Assembly: GCF_001194135.2 (NCBI RefSeq)
Contig: NC_068985.1
Location: 21,591,537 to 21,655,536 of the forward strand
Length of the DNA: 64,000 nt
Source of the DNA: Octopus bimaculoides
Lineage: Eukaryota
Direction: 5' to 3'
Below are positions 1 through 11,000 of this stretch, in pieces. The notes below the pieces were generated by a model, which saw only the letters and a program-made list of their open reading frames with translations, was not told the DNA's origin and ran no database searches. Numbering within the stretch: the stretch's first letter is position 1; each line of letters starts with the position of its first letter. The position numbers and the translations under genes are program-made.

Positions 1-66
1 CTTCACAAGATCCATGAAGAGTGGCTTATCAAACAATCTTATGGCCCATTACCTGCTCCTGTTAAA
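1..66 (+). CDS. Penultimate coding exon (5'-truncated by window) of a deoxynucleoside kinase, TK2/dNK-like
   Basis: Frame 1 reads LHKIHEEWLIKQSYGPLPAPVK then GTAAGT donor at 67. Resembles the H..HEEWLIK...P..APV segment near the TK2/dNK C-terminus (recalled family motif, not a search result). Confidence 0.8.
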
Positions 67-447
67 GTAAGTACAACTCAAATCCAATTGAAATGACCTT
101 TTTCTATTCTGTAATTTGTGTTTGTGATGGGTGTATTTAAAAACATGATCTTCAATATAAACTTGAGGAAGTTTTCCCAGAAATCCTGTCCTTTATCTGT
201 TGTTTCTAGCATGTTTGAGGTGACACTTGCACCCCACCCCTCACTCCCACCTTATTTTTTTCTAAATTTCTTCAGATTCCTGTGTTTTTGATACAGGAAA
301 TTAGGATTTCACCCAAAATACATATTCTCAATATTTTGATTTTCTCTCTCCTCACCCCAATTTCTTCATCTTTTTTACCTTTTTCTAAATTTTTTTTCTT
401 GATAATTCATGGAGAAAAAAACAGTACAAATCTTTAAGGATTTTCTT

Positions 448-1102
448 GGATCTATTTCAAAACGGGGGCACCAGTTTTCATTTATGTTTTATGTAGTGTT
501 TTTGGTACCGAAACACTTTCAAACTTTGTATACTTATCTATTTTGTGTTATAGAACAGAAAAAAATTTTTGTATTCGAATTTATTTCATGTAAAAAATTG
601 TCTTATTTCGATAATTTCTACTAATCACTGACGTCTATTCAGTTGAAAACAGTTAGCGCTGTAACGGTGTATATCGTATTAATCCCCTAACCCTAACCCT
701 AACTAGACTGTTAACCCTAACCCTAACCCTAAAACTAACCCTGACTCTAGAATCCGAACTCTAAAATTGTTACACACATAGATACACATAGCGTAATTTA
801 TTATATAAACAATATATGCGTATAAATTACGATTAAACCGGATGAAATATGTCACAGGGAATAACATTTTTATGACCGCCCAGCAGTAACTCTATTCAGC
901 TGAATAGACGTCAGTGATTGGTTGAAATTACAGAAATACGACAACTTTAACATGGAATAACTTGCGATGTACTTTTTTTTGTTAAGAAGACTAAGAGTAA
1001 AACATGTTTTATATGACACATTCTACCAGTGTCCCAAGTTTCAAAGTGTTTCATTAGTGTTTCGTTAAGAAAATACTGGTGCCCCCGTTTTGAAATAGAT
1101 CC
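448..1102. mobile_element. Non-autonomous DNA transposon (MITE) with long imperfect TIRs and an 8-bp TSD
   Basis: Perfect 28-bp terminal inverted repeat (448-475 / 1075-1102), further inverted match 623-642 / 900-919, identical flanking ATTTTCTT at 440-447 and 1103-1110. Confidence 0.85.
685..744 (+). repeat. Interstitial telomere-like (CCCTAA)n block inside the MITE
   Basis: Two runs of three CCCTAA units plus degenerate units. Confidence 0.9.
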
Positions 1103-1141
1103 ATTTTCTTCTCCATCTGAGCGGGATCACTGTCAGAGCAG

Positions 1142-1490
1142 CGGTCTCGCTTCCATGCTGGTGGCACGTAAAAAGCACCATTTGAGTGTGATCGTTTCCA
1201 GCTTCACCTTACTGGCACTCGTGCCAGTGGCATGTGAACAAAACATTGGACTGACTCCTGTGCAGGTGGCACCTAAAAAAACACCATTTGAGCATGGCTC
1301 TCGTGCCAGTGACACATAAAAAGCACCCACTACACTCTCGGAGTGGTTGGTGTTAGGAAGGGCATCCAGCTGTGGAAACTCTGCCAGATCAGATTGGAGT
1401 GTGGTGTAGTCATCTGGTTCACCAGTCCTCAGTCAAATCGTCCAACCCATGCTAGCATGGAAAGTGGACGTTAAATGATGATGATGATGA
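1142..1490 (+). mobile_element. RTE LINE 3' tail or RTE-tail-derived short element
   Basis: Matches the sequence that terminates the RTE body at ~33600-33863; ends in (TGA)n. Related copies at about 16660-16890(+), 26574-26965(-), 30995-31309(+), 34295-34530(-), 37534-37830(-), 40200-40415(+), 53098-53430(-), 58880-59070(-), 63823-64000(-). Confidence 0.8.
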
Positions 1491-2048
1491 ACCTAACTGT
1501 TTGAACCAGAGATACAAACTAGTGACAGTGACTGGATATAAACAGTTAATCTCTCATAATGTCTAATATCTTGTCAGCTATGCTATTTGTAAACTCCCAG
1601 ATAAAGCTGAAAGAAGAAAAAAGGTTGTCCTTACAGAATAGCTGTTTTTATTAAAGGATATTTTCACATAATAGTTGTTATTATTTTTTAATTTCAAGTT
1701 TCATCGAAAGCATTTTCATTGAATAAATTTCATTAAAATTATTTTTCAAAAATACATTCTTTTCCCAGTTTATTGGAAATTTAAATATTGCAGTAATATT
1801 TTTAATTTTATGAAGGCGGCAAGCTAGCAGAATTGTTAGCATACCAAGCAAAATGCTTAGTGGAATTTTGCCCATCTTTATATTCTGAGTTCAAATTCCA
1901 AGGTCGTCTTTGCCTTTCATCCTTTCATGGTTGATGAAATAAGTACCAGTCTAATCTGAAATTGCTGGCCTTGTGCCAAAATTTGAAAGCAATATTTTAA
2001 ACTTTTCACTCAAGTTTTAAAAGTATTATCAAAAATTATACATTCCAG

Positions 2049-2132
2049 GTTATTGATACAAATCTGCATTTAGAAAAATTATTTAATGTCTATGAAGAGG
2101 AAAAATCACAGATTTTGTGCCAGGCATTATGA
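2049..2132 (+). CDS. Terminal coding exon of the TK2/dNK-like kinase
   Basis: CAG acceptor at 2046-2048, phase 0 matching the upstream donor. Reads VIDTNLHLEKLFNVYEEEKSQILCQAL*, similar to the TK2 end VIEAD..MERMLELFEQNRDRIL. AATAAA at 2278-2283. Confidence 0.75.
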   Translation, partial: VIDTNLHLEKLFNVYEEEKSQILCQAL

Positions 2133-2433
2133 ATTATGCATAATACTCATGTCTGATAGTTTTGTGTCAACATATGATTATGTAATGTAAGTATTATTTT
2201 TTAATCAATGCATTTTATGACTAAAGACAATACAATATATATTGAATATAACAAATATACCATTCTGCATCTTGATAAATAAAGTATATTCAGCCTTCAA
2301 ATAAAATCCTAATCATCAAACTTATTGTTAATGGTAATTTGCATGTTAGTTGAAGGCCACAATCATAATCAATATACGCATCATCTGGTTTACTAATTGA
2401 TAAGAAATAATTTTATATTTGAGCTGTGAATAA

Positions 2434-2785
2434 GCACAGGCATGGTTGTGTGGTTATGAAGATGGCTTTGCAACCACATGGTTTTGGGTTCAGTCCCACT
2501 GCATGGCACTTTGGGCAAGTGTCTTCTATAGCCCTAGGCCAACCAATGCCTTGTAAATGAACTTGGTAGACTTTATGGAAGTTGTCATGTGTGTGTGTCT
2601 ACAACAGCATGTTTGTTCCCCACAGCTTGTTTACATCTCCATAACTTAGTGGTTTGGTATAAGTAACCGATTGAATAAGTACCAGACCTTGGAAAAAGGA
2701 TCAATTTGTTTGACTAAATATTTCAAGGTAGTGTCAAGCATGACCACAGTCCAATGACTGAAACAAGTAAAAGATAAAGGATAAA
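2434..2785 (+). mobile_element. tRNA-derived SINE, family 1
   Basis: Head with A/B-box-like motifs (TGGTTGTGTGG; GGTTCAGTCCC), central (GT)n, tail ending AATGACTGAAACAAGTAAAAGA. Related copies at about 4270-4425(-), 17335-17560, 25790-25930, 48168-48665 (interrupted), 53670-53815, 60585-61010(-), 61120-61500, 62490-62655. Confidence 0.75.
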
Positions 2786-5489
2786 GAAGAACATCATCTA
2801 CTTGATATGGATTCATGATTGACTTATGATTTCATACATTGGCATAGGACCAAAGGTTTGTTGGGCAGAAGTAGCAGTTATGGAATCTGTCTCAAAATGT
2901 GATGGATATTCATCGTTGCTTCACCCTGATTGAACAGACCCATGTTCAAAAGTGTTCCAGCTGGAGTCATCTTGTACTTTCATATATCAAGAACAACATT
3001 GTCTTATGTTTCCCTCTCTTAAGACATTGGAGATTGAATGGAAATTTGGCTGCAAGGTCAATAGAAGCTTTGTTGTTCACTTGATTTACATGTATTACTG
3101 ACCTGGGTAGAATGAAAGACTATGAAAGTCTTAGTTGGATTCAAGCTCAGAAAATAGAGGAAGGGAAACAAAAGGTTACACAGGACATAATGCAGTATGA
3201 TGCATAATTAAGCCAAAGTAGAGGCTTCTCTGTGGCTGTTTGATCTGCCAGAAATAGCAGGCAAATTCTCCTTGAATTACACCTTATCATCTTTAAAAAA
3301 AAGTGATAAATGTGTCCAGGAAATCTAGTCTTGGATACACTTGATGTTAAGCAAAGACAAGATAATCATGGCTTGAACACTTTCAGTCAAATGTCTGCTT
3401 GATCAAGGTTAGCCTATGACAAAACAACAATTACTCAGTGCTTTAACATTTCTCATTTTTAATCATTGAATCATAATTTCTCACATTGGTAAAAAAAAAA
3501 AAGTTACAAAGTGGTGTAGCTGATTGAATTGATTATTTATTTTATTGACCTAGGAGGGATGATAACTGAAATCAGCCCCAGTGTGATTTGAACTCATTGC
3601 TGAAAAGGACGAAATACTGCAAATTGCTTTGTTTGGATGCAACGTGATAGATCTGGATTAACAAGGGTATGTCATTTATGAAGTCACAAATGGTAACGAA
3701 AATGCTCTTGCAGAACAACTCATTGAATGATTGACCAAATGATTAATCAAGTATTTGATTAGTCAATTGGTTAATTAGTGAACTAGTTGACTGATAATAA
3801 TAAAAAGTTAAATAGAACCAGTGTACTTGTTTTTATTGGTAAAATGACTGTCCCAAGATACAACAATTTGTTTTGTGCTCTCTCAATTGTGCCATCCATT
3901 CTAAGCACATAAGAGTGGTAATAATTAATACTCTAGGAAATCTCTCAACCCACTAGTAATAATATCAAAATCAAAGAAAATTAGTAATACACAACTGCCA
4001 CCACCACCACCGCCAGAAAAGATAAAGCATTTTGCTACTGTTAGTCAGGCATCATCATTTTAACATCTACTTTTCCATACTCATATGGGTTGGCTGGAAT
4101 CTGTTGAAGTGGATTTTCAGTGGCTGGGTTTTCTTCCCATCACCAACCCTCCCCTGTTTCCAAATAAAGTAATATTTCCCCATGACCAGACAGGTTTTCA
4201 CAGATTAGAAAAAGACAGTTTGCATGATGGTGGCACTCACAACTATCACAAAGTCAAGGTAAGGAGACATTAACATGCATGCATGCACACACACACACAC
4301 AAGACAGACTTCTTTCAGTTTCTGTCTATCAAATCCACTCACAAGGCTTTGGTCAATCCAAAGACACTTGACCAAGGTGCTATGCAGTGGGACTGAACCC
4401 AGAACTATATGGTTAGGAAGCAAACTTCTTATTTTTATTTATCTTTTAGTCAGGAGGAAAGACAGTTCCCCTGATCCTCTACTGTGCCTTGGAGACTGTC
4501 ACTCCCTTTCTGTTTGCGGAGCGCTAGTATTTATAATGGCCCATTCCAGCTAGAAAGATGGATATGCCATTATATGAATAACTTTTACACATTTAGGTCA
4601 CCTATCCATTTGAATTTTCTGACACAACGAGGTCATGGGTCAATTGGAAACACATCAATCAATGTTCCTTTTGACAGAGATTTTCCCACTTGGTCAACAT
4701 AGTGGGTGGATTTGGTGAGCAAGAAATCTTAGATTCGATTTTGAATCTCAGTCAGGCAGGGCCAAGTGAGATCTCTACAAGGTGATATGGCACAATATTC
4801 AAATATATTGTAGTCACCACTATCTTTGTTTTGTTTTCAGATATATTAATATATTTTACAGTTTTTATTTATTACCAACAAATACTGTTATATCTAGGAT
4901 AAAGTTATAGATTTCTCATAGATAACTAATCTGAAACATATTGAGAGAAAAAAAAAACAATAACTAACGCTACATTAATGTTATGTCAACATTAACAGAT
5001 GACTAACCACCAGGTTTTTGGTTTGAGATCTCTTGTCTGAGATTTTTTGTTTAACTTCTCCATTTATTTAGCTAACCCCATCCTCATAATTTTCTTTAAA
5101 ATGACTAATTTATAATGAGATATTACAGAGGCTATACATTATGATGATTTTGCTAAGATCAGAAAAAATTTTTATTTATTTGGAGGATGAATTTTTATAT
5201 AATTTTCTCCCCTGTCTAACTTTGTTACCCCAAATTTACCTAACTTTAGGATTTGTTTTCTAAATTCCGTCAGTATAATCATAATCTATACTTACAGAAA
5301 ATGTATTTCTGTAAAGTTTCATTAGAAATTATGCATTTTAGAGGGAGTTATGAAGAAGCAAAAGTGTGGGGTGGACACCAAACTGTTAAGTAATGTACAT
5401 TTCATTGCGAGTATAGGACAAAAGTCCCATAGTTAAAGTGTGAAAGTGGACAACAGCCCCACGGTTATATTTTTCAGTTATTTTTTTTT

Positions 5490-6240
5490 CACCTTTTACT
5501 TGTTTCAGTCATTAGGCTGTGGCCATACCAACAAGGCAACTTTCCAATGACCTGTTGAGTAGGAGGGCACCGCGGGCACGAGCCCGGGTGAAAAGTTTTT
5601 AGTCAAATGTATCAACCCCAGAATTTTTTCTTCCTTTTTACTTGTTGCAGTCATGCTGGGGCACCATTTTGAAGAATTTTTAGTTGAATGTAGCAACCCC
5701 AGAATTTTTTTTTATGATTTTCAATCAGCACATGAAGTTAAGCCTAGGTCTTTTCATATGCTAGAAATAACAGCCAAATCTCTTGAAATTTTTTAATAAC
5801 TCCCTCCGTTATATTTTTTGGTTATTCTTTGTTTTTTTTTTTATATCTTCTAAAAATCTTTTTACCTGTTTCAGTCATTGGACTGAGGACATGCCTTGAG
5901 GAATTTTTAGTCGAATTTATTGACAGAATGTTTTTATTTTTACTTGTTGCAGTTATTAGACTGTGGCAACCACCTTGAAGAATTTTTAGATCGCTGTATG
6001 GAGCCCAGGAATTTTTTAAAAATCCTAATCAAACCACTTCTGTGATATATTTCGTTTTTCTTTTGTACTTGTTAAATCATTAGATTGCAGCCATGCTGGG
6101 CTAACCACCTTGAAGAATTTTTATAGTGAAATGTATTGACCCCAGAATTTTTTTTAGGTGATTTTCAGACAGCGCATGAAATTAAGCCTCGAAGATCTCT
6201 CCACATGCTAGAGATAACAGCCAAATCTCTTGAATTTTTT
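5490..6240. repeat. Imperfect tandem array built from SINE-tail fragments
   Basis: About five copies of a TTCAGTCATT..CCATGCTGGG..TTGAAGAATTTTTAG..CCCCAGAATTTTT unit, plus a duplicated ATGCTAGA(A/G)ATAACAGCCAAATCTCTTGAA block (~5715-5795 and ~6160-6240). Confidence 0.65.
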
Positions 6241-6869
6241 GGTTTTTAATTTCAAGTAAACAAAAACAGAAATTGCGGTTATAAAAAAAAAAAACAACTT
6301 TTATTTTCCAAAATTCCAATTATTAAGTAATCAAAAATAAGTTGAATAAAATAAACAGAACATAAGAGTCTTTACCACTCAGTATATATATTTTCTGAAT
6401 TCTAAGAAAAGGGAAAACATTTACTTCAAGAAATGTGCTTTACAAGTCGAAAACTTTCATCACCAGCAGCATCGTCATTATCTCAACTACCACCATTACC
6501 ACCGCCAAAACGGTAACCAGCTATAAAACCATCATTACCACCACCACCACATTCATCATTATCAAGCTAAGTAAAATCACGGCCATCCATACAAATAGGA
6601 ATGTCCTCTACGTTCGTCTCTCAGCTTAGGTGTCTTATTCTTGCGAGCTCGTGGGTGCTGGTTCCACTTAGAAGCGTCTGTGTTGGTACACAGAAAATGG
6701 GAGGTACACATACTCTTTACCTCCGCCCACTTCACATGATTGTTTTGTTTGCTTGAGTAACTATAATTCCCCATGTATAGATAAAAAACATGTTTAAAAA
6801 AAAAAGGAAGGCCTATAGTGCAACCAACCGCTAAGGTATCTTTGAAAACTGAAAGCAAATTTATGTTGA

Positions 6870-7780
6870 GGTTCTTTTAAGGTTCATTTTATGACAACCT
6901 GATGCTGTGCCCTTCGCATAGTCCAGACATAGGTTCTTCAAATGTTGTTGATACTCCTTTGTGACACGTTTCACTCGGTTTCTTGGAGGTTCGCAACGAG
7001 AATCTTTAATCAGTGTTTCTGATACAAGAGCATCTTTTCGAATGCCTTCAAAGGCCTTCCAGATGGTTGGGTGGGCATACCCCACAAGTTCATGGAAATT
7101 AAAATTCCAGCTCTCGCATAAGTGTTGGTGCGACCATCATTATAAACAGTTGCCAGGTGGACATTCCATAACTGCGGTGGAAACAAGGGAGGAACCTTTC
7201 TCATGCGTACCGGAGAAATTATTCCATCAAGAAGAGCTATTGCCTAGATGAGATGTTAAGTGCCGAATACATGTACTACTGAAATAGTCTACAAGATCTT
7301 TCAGTCCTTCAACATCAGGTGCATTATCCATTAGATAACCCATACCACTGGCCACTGTCTACAGATGGAAAAGCCAGTCCATCCAACATTCTACAAAAAT
7401 GTTTCCCCCGGTCATCATTCCTGTACACAGTGGTCAGTCCCAAACTTTGTACCTTTCTCCATGTACTTTGGGTCAGATGGTAGAAAACAGCCACGAGATG
7501 ATACGTGTGGTCCCAGAATTGTTGAAATAGCACTGGATTGAATCCCAGATGATTGCATTTATCCAAGGAGTTCTTCATATGTGGATTGCGACTTTCCCGA
7601 CAGAAAGGCATGTTACGGCAGATAAACTAAAAGGAACACGAATGATGAATACTTGTTGGAAAATTTTGGGAGCTATTGCAAAAATTCCATCCATAAACCA
7701 TGTTAAACTGCGGGCTAAATGCTGGTTGGTTGCAAATATTATTCTCTCTGTCGATTCAGGCCAGTTTTAAAAAGTAGTTG
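6870..7780 (-). pseudogene. Decayed MULE (Mutator-like) transposase
   Basis: Minus-strand frames give WFMDGIFAIAPKIFQQVFII (DGTF-type catalytic motif), FYHLTQSTWRKVQSLGLTTVY...RMLDGLAF, WNVHLATVYNDGRTN and GYAHPTIWKAFEGIR, in the expected order but with stops and frameshifts. Confidence 0.8.
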
Positions 7781-7953
7781 GAATATTCGTATTTTAGATA
7801 TAAAACAATAGGATAATCCATTGTTTTATTTCTGTCGTAATATAATGAATTAACTCATAGCAAAATATCAATTAAAAACTTTATTACGTGATAGATGTAT
7901 TTATTCATTGGATCCGAAACTTCGTAGGAAAGTGGGAGGGGGGGATATTCCCA

Positions 7954-7990
7954 TATAAATAAAGCTGCACACGCCATTTCTGTCCTTTAC
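7954..7990 (+). promoter_or_regulatory. Putative core promoter of nucleolin copy A
   Basis: TATAAATA at 7954-7961 followed by pyrimidine tract CCATTTCTGTCCTTTAC at 7974-7990, 66 nt before the ATG. Confidence 0.5.
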
Positions 7991-8055
7991 GCAGAAGTTA
8001 CATACTCATTCACTTCGTTCAACTCACTCGAAGTTAATATTCAGAAGAAAGTGAA

Positions 8056-11000
8056 ATGGCTGGTAAAAAGAATAAGGAAAAGGTATGTTATTTTATTAGT
8101 TTTCTATTTTATTCAAGGATAATATCTTTTGAATATTTAATAAGCTGGTTAAAATTGAAATATACAACTTGAAAGTTAGCCAACTGGAGAGTCCACGTGT
8201 TCAAGCACATGTAATAAGGAACGAGACTGTTTCCAAATCTTTCGCCAACAGCAAATTAATAATTTCAAATTAAAAAAAGATCTCACTATAATATCAAGTA
8301 AATTGTCTTACGACATGAATTTTGCAGTTTTAGCCGTAAAATTATTTGATCAGCTGTGGAAGTTAAAAGATATTAAAACCTATTCCACGTGGTTAGTGAC
8401 CTTATCAAAAAACGAGAAGTGATTATTTAATCAAGTGCTGTTTATTTAATTTATTGAATTCTGTCTCCACTTTTGGGCTGAGCTTCGGAATAATTACCGC
8501 CTCACTCAAAAAGCTTATTTTTTCATAGAATCGTAATCTATTTAAACATCCAGAAAGTATTTTCGGAAGTAGTCAAAAAAAAAAAAAGCTACTTATGTAT
8601 TCCAAAATGGAGAAAGAAGCGAAGTTAATTTTTGCAGAATCGAAATGCCCCATATTTAAATTTTTAGAAATTAAATTAAAAGGTAACTGCCTGTTGTAAA
8701 TCTTAAAAGAGAAATATCGATATCTCCGTATTTATAGCCTATTTGAATTTATTAAAAATCTAAAAGTGACTTGAAAAATATTTTGTATAATCTAGACATT
8801 GGTGAAAGTGTGATGATATGGGACAAAAGTGGCGCAATTAAAATTGGTTATTGGTAATAAGGGAATGTGAAAAAAATAAATTTGGCATTTCTCAAAATCA
8901 GTAAATTCTTCATTACTTGGATTTTTAGAAATATATTTTTGTTGAAAAGGCGCCGCTGCCATAGCTGTTTTACGATTCTAATTTGTGTCATGGCTGGGGC
9001 GTCCACGTGTGTGAACTACGCAGAGTTGAATGGTGCGCTTGTGTTAGGGAGAGCCGCCTGCTTGACTGATTTCACATTAAACATTGCGGCGGTTATCGAT
9101 AAAATTGCGATTCAGACAAAAATATTGTTTCTGTGTTGTAGTGAATTAAGAATACATCACACTTTTTCTCATCGATTATTACAATATGTGTGAAATCGAC
9201 AATAGTAATTTTTTACTCGTAGACGTCAAGCTATGAAACGGATAACTGTTGAAACGAAGATCCCTAGTAGTTTCGAGTTCGGTTCCACTACTCACTAATA
9301 TGGGCAAGGGCAATTGTCCGTTTATAGTCTCTGGTCAACCGTTGTCATGTGAGCGAATTTGGTACGCAAAAGATCGACCTACATATATGTTTGTGCAGTT
9401 TCTATCGACTAAAGAGTAATTTGTTTGAAAAACCACTGCATCATAGCAAGGACGATCTCCATTAAATTGAAATTTTGTAACAACCAGGCGATCGGGAAAA
9501 TTTTCAGATTAACACTCGAACGATTTTCACTAGGGTTTTAGGGCCAGGGTTAGGGAATACCGTCCAAAACACCCTAGTGAAAATCGTGCGGGTGTTAATC
9601 TGAAAATTTATCGACGTTTGTTTCCGTATTGTAAGAGTAGATTGCATCGCATCTAATATGGTGCAATAGTGGGTTTACCTTAATGAAATTCCAGTTCACC
9701 ACGAGGTGGGCTTGTGAGAATTGAATTGGCTGCGGAGAAATTTATGTATTACAAAGAAAAAAATTCAGATGACACTTTAAGACTTGTGCTACAACATAAA
9801 GGTCTAATTACACGGATGCTCCAATAATTTAGTCTTTTCATTGAAGTTGATAATGGTGGAGCGAAAACAACTGCATTTATTCCAAAATCTGAGAAGTGCT
9901 TCAAAAGTTGTTTTTTTTATATTGATATAGTAGGGGAAAAAATTAATTCGTAATATGTATTTTTGTTTGGGCTATATTTGTTCAGTGCCCTACATAAGAC
10001 GCTAAAGATGTGTGGTTTGAGCAATCATTTTTAGGATGTTGATTGATCATATCAACGTTTTTCTCCCAAGTGTCATCTTGCTGGTTATTTTATTGTCCTG
10101 CATGCTTTCACGCATGCGCAACTAAAACGTTTCAAAACTTCCAGATGTCGGTGTGGGCATTCCGAAAGACAGGAATGACTTGGGAAATTGTTTTCAGAAT
10201 CGTGTAGTCTTGTCAAAAGAGTTACTTAGCTGGCGATTTTTGTTTCATTAGTTTTTAAGAAGCCAAATAAGATTTTTATATTTCCACTACTGTTGTTTCT
10301 AATTTTTAGTTGCACCACTTTTCTCTCATGTCACCGATATTTCTCAATGTCGCTGTTTTGGGGCTTTAGTTATTTCTGCTATGAACCAAGTTGATGGGAG
10401 ATTAGTAACTAAGTCAGTATCCACATTGACCAACCTTTGTCCGACCCATGATAGAAGTAGGAAAGTGGACGTGAAAGTAACGCTTTGATTCCCCTAAACA
10501 CTTCATTTTCTGTATTACATTCTGGCAAGCTAGAGTTCATCTTTGCTTTTCGTCCTTCCAGGATCAATTAGATTGGTGATCTTTCACTTGAAGATCATAA
10601 AGTGGAAGTGATGCAAATAGGCATTTAAACATTGATGCAATTAAAGTGAATGTTACTTGATATCGGTATTATAAACTCGAAAAGGTCCAAACATTCGTAC
10701 ATGACTGACAGTGAAAATTGAAAAGTCATCAAAAACATGGCTAAATATGAAATGGCCAAAGGAATTGTTATGATTCGTAACATTTTTTAAAATGGGTCCA
10801 AATAAGAATATGTAAACGGATACCTCCCTCACCTAAAATTTTTTTTTTTTTTTTTACGACATCCCACTTTTTAGGCGATGGAGATTGCTATTCTGAATTT
10901 TTTTTTCAAAAATGGCCAATTTCGATTAATCTCTTCATTTTTCCAGAATTTTTTTTTTTTTTGCGAGGCACGTATAAAAACTACGGAGATTATGATTCTG

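Noticed and set aside
685-744. True telomere or telomerase RNA template
   Set aside because: Short, interrupted and enclosed by TIRs and TSDs.
5490-6240. CRISPR-like or functional spaced repeat array
   Set aside because: Eukaryotic context, irregular unit length, and units derive from SINE tails.
6435-6629. Thr/Ile-rich ORF
   Set aside because: Degenerate (ACC/ATC)n microsatellite with no splice context.
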